Shown here one piece after another: positions 10,171-19,481 of a stretch of DNA of 64,000 bases (the first letter of the stretch is position 1; each line of letters starts with the position of its first letter). The stretch spans positions 8,725 to 72,724 of the forward strand of contig DAOUEA010000094.1 in the NCBI GenBank assembly GCA_034430475.1, written 5' to 3'. The translations under genes and the position numbers were made by a program. The DNA is from Chloroflexota bacterium (lineage in GTDB: Bacteria; Chloroflexota; Limnocylindria; Limnocylindrales; CSP1-4). The notes beneath the pieces were generated by a model. The model ran no database searches. It was not told the origin of the DNA and saw nothing but the letters and a program-made list of their open reading frames with translations.

Positions 10171-11097
10171 CTAGGCCTTCTCCACCTGGCCGATGTGATC
10201 CAGCCGGTGCAGCGAGCGGTCGAGCTGTCGCGGCAAAGAGGCCTGGATCTCGGCCACGGGGACGTCCGGCGGCAGGCTGGCGACGATGCCGTCGATCTCC
10301 TCGGCCGCCGCCAGGACCTCGGCGGCGAGCGCCTCCGGCGCCTGGGCCGCCATCGCCTGCCAGGTCGGCGCCAGGGCGTCGTTCAGCAGGTCGGCCACTT
10401 CGTCCGACATGTGCGGCGGCCGCGCGCCCGACCCCTTCGCCAGCGCCGCCTTCCAGCGACTTGCCATGAAGCGGTCCCAGAAGGCCAGGTGGCCCAGTGC
10501 GTGGCCGATCGTCCAGCCGCCCTTCTCCGTCTCGCGCATCAGGTCCGCGGGACCCAGCCCGGCGGTCAGCTGCCGCAGCCTGTCCAGCGAGGCCTGGTTG
10601 CGCTCGACGTAGGAGAGATCGGGTGCCTCCGCCGCAGCGGCCGCTTGACCGCGGATCAGCGCCCGCTCGATCTGGTCGATGTGCTCGTTGCGGTGGCTGT
10701 AGCGGTGGAGCAGGTACTCGTAGGGCGTGCCCTCCAGGTCACTCACCAGGTCGTCGGGCGCGCCAGCGACGAGGTCGTCCAGGCGGGCGGCCGTTTCCAG
10801 CGCAACGTCCGGAAGCCCGATCGAGGAGACTCGCGGCCAGAACAACTCCATCGTCTCGAGGGCCAGGTGCTCGGCTTCGCGGACCGATTCGCTGTCGGCG
10901 GACCACTCGCCGGCCAGCATCCGTTCCCAGCGGGCGGTATGCCAGCGGTCCATGAACGCAATGTGGCCGATGGCGGTCGCAACGGTCCAGCCGCCGCCCA
11001 CGTCTGTCGCCAGGCGGGACGGGGTCATCGTCTCCATCAGCTCAGCCAATCGCTGCCGCGACTCGTCGTTGGCCTGGATGTAGTTACGGTCCGCCAT
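10171..11097 (-). CDS. DinB-family protein with two tandem DinB_2-like four-helix-bundle domains
   Basis: Two internal repeats are visible: WTVATAIGHIAFMDRWHTARWERML and WTIGHALGHLAFWDRFMASRWKAAL. The start is set at ATG 11097, preceded by GGGGAGGG. The longer track ORF (to 11295) would overlap tatD. Confidence 0.7.
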   Translation of the reverse strand: MADRNYIQANDESRQRLAELMETMTPSRLATDVGGGWTVATAIGHIAFMDRWHTARWERMLAGEWSADSESVREAEHLALETMELFWPRVSSIGLPDVALETAARLDDLVAGAPDDLVSDLEGTPYEYLLHRYSHRNEHIDQIERALIRGQAAAAAEAPDLSYVERNQASLDRLRQLTAGLGPADLMRETEKGGWTIGHALGHLAFWDRFMASRWKAALAKGSGARPPHMSDEVADLLNDALAPTWQAMAAQAPEALAAEVLAAAEEIDGIVASLPPDVPVAEIQASLPRQLDRSLHRLDHIGQVEKA

Positions 11098-11137
11098 ATC
11101 CGCCCTCCCCGGCTGTCGGGACACCGCGGCCCGCCCC

Positions 11138-11989
11138 TCAGCCCGGAGAGCGACTCCGGAACGTGGCGTCGTAGGCCGCGACGAATCCCGCTCCAATGCT
11201 ATCCGGGGTCGCCCCTCGCCGCTCGCGGAGCCACTCCCCGGTGACGCGGACCCACTCCGGGGAGTTGCGACGGCCGGAGAAGCCGGGCCCTGCATGGCGC
11301 GGAACGCCCGGCGGGGCGAGGTACGGCGAGTCGGTCTCGATCATGAGGCGCTCCGCCGGCACCAGGACCGCCACCTCCCCCGACGCCTCTTCGCCCCCGC
11401 GGAAGACCAGGCCGCTGAACGAGATGGAAAGGCCCATGTCCAGCGCGGCACGGGCGTAGTCGACCGGCCCCGAGTAGGAGTGCAGCACCGCCGGCGGGCG
11501 GTCGCCGAAGGCACCGCGCGAGGCCGCGCATCCGAAGCCGGCCGCTCGCAGCTCGGCGATGAGATCGTCCTGCGCGTCGCGCCCCCCGGGGCCGGAACGG
11601 CAGTGCAGGATCGCCGGCTTGCCGCTATCGAGGGCGAGGCGCAGGTGGCATCGGAGGTTGGCGAGCTGCGCTTCGCGGGACGAGTGCATTCGGTCGTAGT
11701 CCAGCCCGGTCTCACCTATCCCGACGATACGCGCCTGCCCGACGAGCCCGACTATCTGGGCCCAATCGGCGTCCGTTGCCGTCGCCGCGTCGTGAGGGTG
11801 GATCCCTGCGGCCGCATCCAGCCGGCCGTCGGCCTCCGCCATCTCCAGCGCCCTGGCGGACGAAGGAGCGTCCCAGCCCGGCACCAGCAGCCGTTCGACG
11901 CCGGCTGCAAACGCCGCCTCGACCGTCTCGGGACGATCGCGATCGAAGGGGTGGGCCTGCAGGTGGGCGTGGCTATCGATCAGGCGCAC
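11138..11989 (-). CDS. tatD: TatD-family metal-dependent hydrolase (DNase)
   Basis: 283 aa. MRLIDSHAHLQ..., GIGETGLDY, ILHCR, HSYSG and IETDSPYL are TatD motifs. Confidence 0.9.
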   Translation of the reverse strand: MRLIDSHAHLQAHPFDRDRPETVEAAFAAGVERLLVPGWDAPSSARALEMAEADGRLDAAAGIHPHDAATATDADWAQIVGLVGQARIVGIGETGLDYDRMHSSREAQLANLRCHLRLALDSGKPAILHCRSGPGGRDAQDDLIAELRAAGFGCAASRGAFGDRPPAVLHSYSGPVDYARAALDMGLSISFSGLVFRGGEEASGEVAVLVPAERLMIETDSPYLAPPGVPRHAGPGFSGRRNSPEWVRVTGEWLRERRGATPDSIGAGFVAAYDATFRSRSPG

Positions 11990-12015
11990 GGTCGAACTCC
12001 CGGCAGACGGGCGGG

Positions 12016-13653
12016 CTACCCGGCGGCCGGGTCCCCGTCCTCGATCTCGATGCGCGGAAAGAGCGGCTCGGCGGCGCCCAGACGCCCGGCCTCGCCGGCC
12101 TTCGCGCCCCAGCTCAGCTCATCGAGGATCGCCGGACCGCCATTGCCGTCGGCCCCATATTCGTAGCCATAGCCGAGCTGGGCCAGGGCTTTCGGCGTCG
12201 CCTGGGGGATGAACGGCGCAGCCGCCAGCGATACCAGCCGGCATGCCTCCACCAGATCGCCCAGCACCGCGCGCAGCCGCTTCTCTGCCTCCGCGTCGCC
12301 TCCCTTGGCCGCCTTGGCCAGGACCCACGGCTGCTCCGAATCCACCAGCCGGTTCGAGGCTCCGACGAAGTCCCACAGGGCCGCCAGCGCATCGTGGAGC
12401 AGGCAGCCCTCGAGCTTGTCTCGATAGGCGGCCAGGGTCTCGTCCCAGGCGCCGGCCAGTCCCGCCTTCGGGCCCACCGCCGGCCGTTCCCCCTCGAAGT
12501 AGCGGTTGGCCATCGACACCGTCCGGTTCAGCAGGTTACCGAAGTCGTTGGCCAGGTCGGCGTTGTAGCGGCGCACGAAGGAGTCCCAGCTGACGTCGCT
12601 GTCGCGGTCGAAGGCGACCTCGCGCAGGGTCACGTAGCGCGCGCCGTCGGCGCCCAGGGAGCGGACGACGTCCAGCGGGTCGAGGAAGTTGCCCAGGCTC
12701 TTGCTCATCCGCTCGCCCTGGGTCAGCAGCCAGCCGTGGACCCAGACCCGGCGAGGCGCCTCCAGGCCGGCGCTCCAGAGCATGGCGGGCCAGTAGATGG
12801 TGTGGAAGCGGGCGATGTCCTTGCCGATGACGTGCAGGTCCGCCGGCCACCACTGGGCGAAGTCCTTCTCGTCGTCGGGGAAGCCGGCGCCGGTAACGTA
12901 GTTGACCAGGGCGTCGTACCAGACGTAGATCGTCCCGGCATCGGGATCCCAGCTGCCGTCCGGCCGCTGCGAAGACGAGCCGTCGGTCAGGATGGGGAAC
13001 GGGATGCCCCAGCTTGCCCCGGCGCGGCTGATGGAGAAGTCCTCCAGGCCGCCGCGGATGAAGCTCAGCATCTCGTTGCGGCGATACTCCGGCTGGACGA
13101 ACTCCGGGTGTTCCTCGAAGTGCTTCTCCAGTCGCTCCTGGTAGGCCGACAGGCGCAGGAACCAGTTGTGCTCCGACAGCCACTGCAGCGGGACCGTCGG
13201 GTGGTTGGGGCAGCGCGCGCCTTCGGGCGTCTCGGTCACGTCCGACGGAGCCTTGAAACCCTCGGCCGGGCAGTACCAGCCCTCGTAGGTGCCGACGTAG
13301 ATGTCGCCGTTGGCATGAGCCCGCCGGACCATCTCCTGGGCGGCCTTGATGTGGTCCGGGTCCGTGGTTCGGATGAAGCGGTCGGGGCTGATCAGAAGCG
13401 CGTCTTCGGCGGTCCGAAAGAGCGCCACGTTCTCGTCCACGAACTCCCTGGGCGTCTTGCCCAGCTCGGAAGCGCGCTGGGCGATGTTGACCGAGTGCTC
13501 GTCCAGACCCGTCAGGAAGCGCGTCCGATCGCCCTTCATGCGGTGCCAGCGGGCCAGGACGTCGGCGCCAACGACCTCGTACAGGGTGTGCAGGCCCGGG
13601 CGATTGTTGGCGTAGGCGATGGCGGTCGTGATGTAGTAGCGATCGGCGCTCAT
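12016..13653 (-). CDS. metG: Methionine--tRNA ligase
   Basis: 545 aa. YYITTAIAYANNRPGLHTLYEVVGADVLARWHRMKG is the HIGH-region equivalent, and KMSKSLGN is the KMSKS motif. Confidence 0.97.
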   Translation of the reverse strand: MSADRYYITTAIAYANNRPGLHTLYEVVGADVLARWHRMKGDRTRFLTGLDEHSVNIAQRASELGKTPREFVDENVALFRTAEDALLISPDRFIRTTDPDHIKAAQEMVRRAHANGDIYVGTYEGWYCPAEGFKAPSDVTETPEGARCPNHPTVPLQWLSEHNWFLRLSAYQERLEKHFEEHPEFVQPEYRRNEMLSFIRGGLEDFSISRAGASWGIPFPILTDGSSSQRPDGSWDPDAGTIYVWYDALVNYVTGAGFPDDEKDFAQWWPADLHVIGKDIARFHTIYWPAMLWSAGLEAPRRVWVHGWLLTQGERMSKSLGNFLDPLDVVRSLGADGARYVTLREVAFDRDSDVSWDSFVRRYNADLANDFGNLLNRTVSMANRYFEGERPAVGPKAGLAGAWDETLAAYRDKLEGCLLHDALAALWDFVGASNRLVDSEQPWVLAKAAKGGDAEAEKRLRAVLGDLVEACRLVSLAAAPFIPQATPKALAQLGYGYEYGADGNGGPAILDELSWGAKAGEAGRLGAAEPLFPRIEIEDGDPAAG

Positions 13654-13695
13654 GGCAAGGAATGGTAGCGGACGGACGGATGGATGCGGCGCCCG

Positions 13696-14163
13696 CTACG
13701 CCGGACCCGGCATCGTGGCCCGCCGCAGCATCAGCACCAGGGCTGCGCCCACCCCGAAGGCCGCCGCCGCCTCCAGGGCCGCCATGGCGACGATCATCCC
13801 GGCCAGCGACTCGGCCGCGGCGCAGAGCTGCACCGCCGCAACGGCCAGCGCCGCCGGCAGCGGCAACCAGGCCGCTCCGCTCAGCCGGATCGCCCCCCTC
13901 TCGGCCCGCCCCACCTGCGCGAGCGAAGCGGCCGTCATCCCCAGGACCGCTCCGCCTCCGAGCAGGGCGGCCGTGACCGATCCCTTGAGCATCAGGTTCG
14001 TCGTGACCAGGAAGAGCACCACCGCCACGACCGGCCCGCCGGCCCCAACGGCCACGGCAAGGGTCGAGTAGCGTTGTCGCCGCCTGATGCGCCGGGCATC
14101 CCACAACCCGGCCAGCAGGGCCAGCACGGCGCCGAAGACGGCCACGAGCTGGTACTCGTTCAT
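13696..14163 (-). CDS. Small polytopic membrane protein, unknown function (about 155 aa, 4-5 TM)
   Basis: The start is taken at ATG 14163 (MNEYQLVAVFGAVLALLAGLW...), which overlaps the upstream stop as ATGA (14160-14163). The protein is hydrophobic and Ala/Gly/Leu-rich throughout. I recognise no family. Confidence 0.6.
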   Translation of the reverse strand: MNEYQLVAVFGAVLALLAGLWDARRIRRRQRYSTLAVAVGAGGPVVAVVLFLVTTNLMLKGSVTAALLGGGAVLGMTAASLAQVGRAERGAIRLSGAAWLPLPAALAVAAVQLCAAAESLAGMIVAMAALEAAAAFGVGAALVLMLRRATMPGPA

Positions 14164-15965
14164 CGCTCGGCCTCCAGCGTACGGTGCTGCATCTCGCTGG
14201 AGAGGCTGCGGCGGGTCGCGCCGGCCGCGTAGGCCTGCTCGCGGAGAGTCGTGATGCGGCGTTGCAGAGTGCCGGTGAGGGCGTCGTAGAAACCGCTCCA
14301 GCGTTCCAGGCCGGCCAGAGCCTGGAGGACGCCCATGCGGCCCCCCTCGAAGCGATTGGCCCTGGCCCACTGGGAGAAGCGCAGGCTTCTGGGTCTGCCC
14401 GTCGAGGCCGAGCCCTTGCCGGCCCCGGCCGCCTTGCCCTTCCCGGCGGGCTGAGTGCCCGGGCCTGCTCCGGCGGTCTGCCCCGGGGCCCCGGCCATGC
14501 TGGCGGCGACGATCGCCGAGGCGCGGGCCATGGCCGGGCTGCTGCGCAGAACCTCGGCCATTCCGGCCGCCCGGGCCTGGGCCCGGCTCTCCCGCAGCGC
14601 GGCCACCATGAGGGCCGGGTCGCCCGCCCGGAACCAGCCCAGGCCGTAGCTCAGGGTGTCGCCGAGATGGGGCGGTACCGAGGCCCTACCCGACTCGTCG
14701 AGGCGGGCCAGCAGGTCGTTGACGGCGTCTATCTGGTGGGCAAGGTTGCGGCGCCGATTGTCCAGATCGCCCATATCGGCCTGGGCCTCGATGAGGGCGT
14801 CGAAGAGGACGTCGGTGTGCGCGGCCCAGGCGGCGCGCAGCTCGCGCAGGTCCTCATCGGACAGGGCCGCCGGGTCGCCCGGAGAACGCAGGGCGGCGGG
14901 GCTTCCACCGCGCGGCGCCCCGTCAAGGCCGGCCAGCTGTCCGTCCAGGGCGCTGATGTTCTCGTCCAGGACGCCCTGCATGTAGCCGAGCTGGCCGAAG
15001 CCCTGGCGCAGCCGATCGAGCACCTTGCCCGCCTGCGCGTCGGTCGCAGTCGCGGCCCCGGTGCCCGCCAGAGAGACCAGGCCGGTGGCCGGGGCAAGGA
15101 TCGTGGCCAGGGCGCCGATCGAGGCCGCGTCTCCCAGCAGCTGAACCAGGTCGCCCGAGCTGTAGCCGGTCGCGTCCGGCTCGTCTGTGAGGCGCTGCAC
15201 GGAGCGAGCGATGCTCAGGCCCGCCGATACAAGCTCCGCGCGCGGCAGCGGCAGGCCGGACCCGGCGGACGTGGTCAGTCCCCCTGCGACCTGGAGTGGA
15301 AGTTCGAAAACGGTCGCCACAGGCTCCCCGGACGGAGCCACGCCCAGGGCGGCAGATGCCTCGCCTCCTCCGCCGATGAGCCCTATCGAGCCGGGCCCCC
15401 CGGCTCCCGCGGCCCCGACGGCAGTCGCGCCCTTCGCGGCCGTGCCCAGGGCCGAGCCGGTGAGCAGAGCCGCGCCGGCAGCCGAGACCATGAGGGCCGC
15501 CGTGGCGGCCAGACCGCCGATGTCCGAATCCTCGGGATCCGGCAGCACGGGGTCTCCTTCGACCAGCATCCCGGCCAGGTCGTCCAGCGGCCCCGTCCCC
15601 AGCGGGACCGGGACCTGGCCAGCCCACTGGTCCGCCTCCTCGGGGGTTATGCACTGGATGAGGTAGTAGACGTTCGGGTCCCGGCCGAAGCTGTTCGGGC
15701 CGGGCGCCTGAACCATGATGTACGGGTCGCTGCAGATGGCGGCCCCGGTGTAGCCGTATCTCGCGTCGGGCGGCAGCTGATCCTGGACGCAGCCCACGCC
15801 GCTCAGCGGCTCGAAGTGGAAGCCGTCCGGGCATCCGTCCGGGTTGGGGCTTGCGGCCCGGGCGGGGCTGGCGAATAGGATGAGCAGCAGGGCCAGTGCG
15901 GTCAGGCCCGCGGCGAGCGCCACGAGCACAGCCCATCGCCTGGTCAGCGACCCTCCGCCGGTCAC
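14160..15965 (-). CDS. Hypothetical membrane-anchored protein (601 aa): signal peptide, 4-Cys ectodomain, TM segment, and a large Ala/Gly-rich helical domain
   Basis: The N-terminus is RRWAVLVALAAGLTALALLLILFASPARA. Next come CPDGFHFEPLSGVGC...AICSD...LIQC, then the hydrophobic stretch IGGLAATAALMVSAAGAALLTG. The remainder is helical and heptad-like (LRELRAAWAAHTDVLFDALIEAQADMGDLDNRRRNLAHQIDAVNDLLARLDE). I recognise no family. Confidence 0.65.
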   Translation of the reverse strand: MTGGGSLTRRWAVLVALAAGLTALALLLILFASPARAASPNPDGCPDGFHFEPLSGVGCVQDQLPPDARYGYTGAAICSDPYIMVQAPGPNSFGRDPNVYYLIQCITPEEADQWAGQVPVPLGTGPLDDLAGMLVEGDPVLPDPEDSDIGGLAATAALMVSAAGAALLTGSALGTAAKGATAVGAAGAGGPGSIGLIGGGGEASAALGVAPSGEPVATVFELPLQVAGGLTTSAGSGLPLPRAELVSAGLSIARSVQRLTDEPDATGYSSGDLVQLLGDAASIGALATILAPATGLVSLAGTGAATATDAQAGKVLDRLRQGFGQLGYMQGVLDENISALDGQLAGLDGAPRGGSPAALRSPGDPAALSDEDLRELRAAWAAHTDVLFDALIEAQADMGDLDNRRRNLAHQIDAVNDLLARLDESGRASVPPHLGDTLSYGLGWFRAGDPALMVAALRESRAQARAAGMAEVLRSSPAMARASAIVAASMAGAPGQTAGAGPGTQPAGKGKAAGAGKGSASTGRPRSLRFSQWARANRFEGGRMGVLQALAGLERWSGFYDALTGTLQRRITTLREQAYAAGATRRSLSSEMQHRTLEAER

Positions 15966-16054
15966 GGATGCACTCTCCCAATCACCCCGAGCGTCAGCGA
16001 TGCGGGCAGTCTACCCTGCCCCAACCGGCAGGCAAGAGGCGGGCGTCCGGCCCC

Positions 16055-18322
16055 TCAGTGGCGGAAGTGACGGACTCCGGTGATGACCATCGTCGCCCCG
16101 GCCTTCTCGGCGGCGTCTATGGCCTCCGCGTCGCGGACCGAGCCGCCCGGCTGGGCGAAGGCCGTGACGCCGACCTCCAGGCAGACCTCCACCGCGTCGG
16201 GGAAAGGGTAGAAGGCGTCCGAGCCGCAGGCGGCGCCGCGCAGAGCGTCGGGGCCGTGGAAAGCCATGGCCTTGGCCACGGCCTGGCGCGCGGCGTCCAC
16301 CCGGCTCGTCTGGCCCGAACCAAGGCCGATCTCCATGCCGTTCTTGACCAGCAGGATGGCATTGGAGACCACGCCCCGGCACAGGCGCCAGGCAAGGTCT
16401 AGATCGCGCATCTCCTGCTCCGTCGGGGCGCGGCTGGTCGCCACCGTCCACCCCGCGGGGTCGTCCGGCAGGACATCCGGGGACGTCACCAGAACGGATC
16501 CGCCGGCCGTGCGCAGCGAGGCCGTGGGCGAGGGCGGCGGCGCTTTCTCCTCGGCCCCCAGCAGCGGGTCCTCCAGGAGGCGCAGGTTGGCCCTCTTGGA
16601 CAGGATCTCCAGGGCCGCGGCGGAGTATGACGGGGCCACGATCACCTCCAGGAAGATCGAGGCCAGGCCGGCCGCGGTGGCGGCGTCCACTTCGCGGGTG
16701 AGGGCCACGACACCGCCGTAGGCGGACACCGGATCGCCCGCCAGGGCGTCCAGCCAGGCCTCCTCCAGCGTGGCCCGCTCGGCGGCGCCGCAGGGGTTGG
16801 TGTGCTTGACGACGACGCAGGCCGGACCGCGCAAGGCCCGCGCCATGGCCACGGCGCCTGAGGCATCGAGGACGTTGTTGTAGCTGAGGGCCTTGCCCTG
16901 CAGGATGGCCCCGCCCGTGGCGAAGGGCCCCGCCCAGGGACTGGTCCCCGGCCGGCGGTAGCGCGCAGCCTGCTGGTGCGGGTTCTCGCCGTAGCGCAGG
17001 GTCTCCACCTTCTCCAGGCCCACGACCAGCGTCGGCGGGTAGGGATCGGTGGCCCCGGGCAGGCCCGGCTCGTCGGGCAGCGAGACCCCGGCCGCGGCCA
17101 TGCGGCCCGGCAGCTCGGCGGAGATACGGGCGTCGTAGGCGGCGGTGTGCTGGAAGGCCTCCACGGCCAGCACCGAGCGCAACCCCTCGCCTACCTTGCC
17201 GTCGCGTTTCAGCTCGGCCAGCACCGTCTCGTAGCGGGTCGGCGAGGTGACGATGGCCACCGAAGCGTGGTTCTTGGCCGCCGCGCGGACCATCGACGGG
17301 CCGCCGATGTCGATCTCCTCGACGAGCTCGTCGAAGCTGATACCGGGCTTCTCGGCCGCCGCGGCGAAGGGGTAGAGGTTGGACACGACCAGGTCGAAGG
17401 GCTCGATGGCCGCTGCGGCCATCTGCTCGCGATGGATCATTACCCGCCGATCGGCCAGGATGCCGGCGTGGACCCGGGGGTGGAGCGTCTTGACGCGCCC
17501 ATCGAGCATCTCCGGGAAGCCGGTGACCGCGGCCACGTCGGTGACCGGCAGGCCCGCGGCCCGCAACGCCTTCGCCGTGCCGCCGGTCGAGACCAGCTCG
17601 AAGCCCAGGCGCACCAGCCCCGCGCCGAATTCGGCCAACCCCGTCTTGTCGGAAACCGACAGCAGCGCCCGTTTGGCACAGGGCACCTTCTCGGCTGCCC
17701 GGGCGGCATCGATGCGAACCGTTCGACCGTCCGCCTCGATCGAGAGCGCCCCGGCCAACGCCAGAGCCACGGCTCGCGGTAGCAGCTGGTGCTCGGCCGC
17801 GTGGATCCTTTCGGCCAGCGTCTCCTCGGTGTCGCCGGCCAGGACAGGCACGGCCTCCTGGAGGATGACCGGTCCCCCGTCGAGCGAGCCGTCGGCGAAG
17901 TGGACGGTAACGCCCGTCATCTTCACGCCGGCCTCGAGGGCATCCTTGATGGCGTGCGCTCCCGGGAACGACGGCAGCAGGGCCGGGTGAAGGTTGATGA
18001 CCTGGCAGGCCAGGGCGCCCAGGGCCGCCGGCCCCAGGACTCGCATGTAGCCGGCAAGCACGATCAGCTCGGGGTCGACGGCCTGCAGCGAAGCCGCCAG
18101 CACCTCGCTGGCCGCCGCACGGGCGTCGGCTTCCGACATCCTGGGCATGGGCACCATCAGGGTCTCGATCCCCTGCTCGATCGCCCACTCGAGCGCGGGG
18201 CACTCCCGATCGGCGAAGACCAGCACGATTTCGGCGTCAAGGGCGCAGCGCAGCGTCGCGGCGTGCAACGCCTTCAGGTTGCTGCCGGTTCCCGATACCC
18301 CTACCGCGATCCGATGCGCCAC
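16055..18322 (-). CDS. purH: Fused phosphoribosylglycinamide formyltransferase (PurN) / bifunctional AICAR transformylase-IMP cyclohydrolase (PurH)
   Basis: A single ORF. The N-terminal ~200 aa are PurN-like (RIAVGVSGTGSNL..., INLHPALLPSFPG, TGVTVHF). After the linker AARAAEKVPCAKR comes PurH (ALLSVSDKTGLAEF..., STGGTAK, DGRVKTLHP, VVKHTNPCG). The start is set at GTG 18322, preceded by GAAGGAGGAG. The track ORF start (18427) would overlap purM. Confidence 0.9.
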   Translation of the reverse strand: MAHRIAVGVSGTGSNLKALHAATLRCALDAEIVLVFADRECPALEWAIEQGIETLMVPMPRMSEADARAAASEVLAASLQAVDPELIVLAGYMRVLGPAALGALACQVINLHPALLPSFPGAHAIKDALEAGVKMTGVTVHFADGSLDGGPVILQEAVPVLAGDTEETLAERIHAAEHQLLPRAVALALAGALSIEADGRTVRIDAARAAEKVPCAKRALLSVSDKTGLAEFGAGLVRLGFELVSTGGTAKALRAAGLPVTDVAAVTGFPEMLDGRVKTLHPRVHAGILADRRVMIHREQMAAAAIEPFDLVVSNLYPFAAAAEKPGISFDELVEEIDIGGPSMVRAAAKNHASVAIVTSPTRYETVLAELKRDGKVGEGLRSVLAVEAFQHTAAYDARISAELPGRMAAAGVSLPDEPGLPGATDPYPPTLVVGLEKVETLRYGENPHQQAARYRRPGTSPWAGPFATGGAILQGKALSYNNVLDASGAVAMARALRGPACVVVKHTNPCGAAERATLEEAWLDALAGDPVSAYGGVVALTREVDAATAAGLASIFLEVIVAPSYSAAALEILSKRANLRLLEDPLLGAEEKAPPPSPTASLRTAGGSVLVTSPDVLPDDPAGWTVATSRAPTEQEMRDLDLAWRLCRGVVSNAILLVKNGMEIGLGSGQTSRVDAARQAVAKAMAFHGPDALRGAACGSDAFYPFPDAVEVCLEVGVTAFAQPGGSVRDAEAIDAAEKAGATMVITGVRHFRH

Positions 18323-18350
18323 TCCGCTCCTCCTTCGTAGTGCTGTGCCG

Positions 18351-19481
18351 CTATGCCGATTCCACGTATCGCGCCCCGGCCTTCCCGGCAGAAACGACTT
18401 CACCTGCTCGCCAGGCCGCCAGGCCATCCGCCGCCAGGCTGCTCAGCGCCGTCTCGACCTTCTCCGGCGGCACGACGCAGACCATGCCCAGGCCTCCGTT
18501 GAAGGTCGACCGGATCTCCGCTGCCGAAAGGCCGCCCAAAGCGCCCATCAGGTTCATGATTGAGGGCATCGGCCAGGCCGATGGTTCGAGCCGGGCCGCC
18601 AGGCCTTCAGGCAGGGCCCGCGGCACGTTGCCCGCCAGGCCGCCGCCGGTGACGTGGGCTGCGCCGCGCAGGTCCGCCCCGGCCTCGGTCAGCCGCTGCC
18701 GCAGGCGCAGGATCGCCTGCGAGTAGATGCGGGTCGGGGTCAGCAGCACCTGGCCCAGGCTCATTTCCGCCTGGTCGGGTTCGGGCGGCGTCTCCGGGCC
18801 CAGGATCCGGCCCAGCAGCTCGCCGTAGCCCTCGCCCAGGTCCAGCTCGTTGTGGGCCACGATCCGCCGCACCAGGGAGTAGCCGTTGGAGTGCAGCCCG
18901 GACGAGGCGATCCCGATGAGCGCGTCGCCGGCCTGCGCCGTCGTTCCGTCCAGCAGCCGCTCCCGCTCCACGACGCCGACGCAGAAGCCGGCCAGGTCGA
19001 ACTCGTCGGGCTCCATCAGGCCCGGGTGCTCGGCCGTTTCGCCGCCGATCAGAGAGCAGCCGGCAAGCCGGCAGCCGCCCGCGATGCCGGTGACGATCTC
19101 CGCCACTCGCTCCGGAACCAGGCGGCCAACGGCCACGTAGTCCAGGAAGAACAGGGGCTCGGCGCCGGAGCAGACGAGATCGTCGGCGGACATAGCCACC
19201 AGGTCGTGGCCGATCGTGTCGTAGCGGCCCAGGCCCGCGGCGATCGCCGTCTTGGTGCCCACGCCGTCGGTGGAGCTGATGAGCAGCGGCTCGCGATAGC
19301 CCGCCGGCACGGCCATGGCCGAGGCGAAACCGCCGATTCCGCCCACGACCTCCGGCCGGCTCGTCGCCTCCACCGCGGCCCGCATCAGGTCTACGGCCTT
19401 CTCGCCGGCGTCCACATCCACTCCGGCCTCGCGGTAGGCGTCCCAGGCCCCGCCCGCCTTGGCACCGCGATTCGCGCTCAT
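18351..19481 (-). CDS. purM: Phosphoribosylformylglycinamidine cyclo-ligase (AIR synthetase)
   Basis: 376 aa. YREAGVDVDAGEKAV..., GGIGGFA and DGVGTKT are present. The ATG at 19481 overlaps the purF stop (ATGA). Confidence 0.95.
   Translation of the reverse strand: MSANRGAKAGGAWDAYREAGVDVDAGEKAVDLMRAAVEATSRPEVVGGIGGFASAMAVPAGYREPLLISSTDGVGTKTAIAAGLGRYDTIGHDLVAMSADDLVCSGAEPLFFLDYVAVGRLVPERVAEIVTGIAGGCRLAGCSLIGGETAEHPGLMEPDEFDLAGFCVGVVERERLLDGTTAQAGDALIGIASSGLHSNGYSLVRRIVAHNELDLGEGYGELLGRILGPETPPEPDQAEMSLGQVLLTPTRIYSQAILRLRQRLTEAGADLRGAAHVTGGGLAGNVPRALPEGLAARLEPSAWPMPSIMNLMGALGGLSAAEIRSTFNGGLGMVCVVPPEKVETALSSLAADGLAAWRAGEVVSAGKAGARYVESA

Noticed and set aside
16011-18203. 730-aa minus-strand ORF overlapping purN::purH in another frame
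   Set aside because: The translation is extreme Arg/Gly/Pro. The alternative frame gives complete PurN and PurH motifs. The same reasoning applies to 12536-14104 (over metG), 18607-19506 (over purM), 14923-15981, 25479-26762 and 51754-52941.
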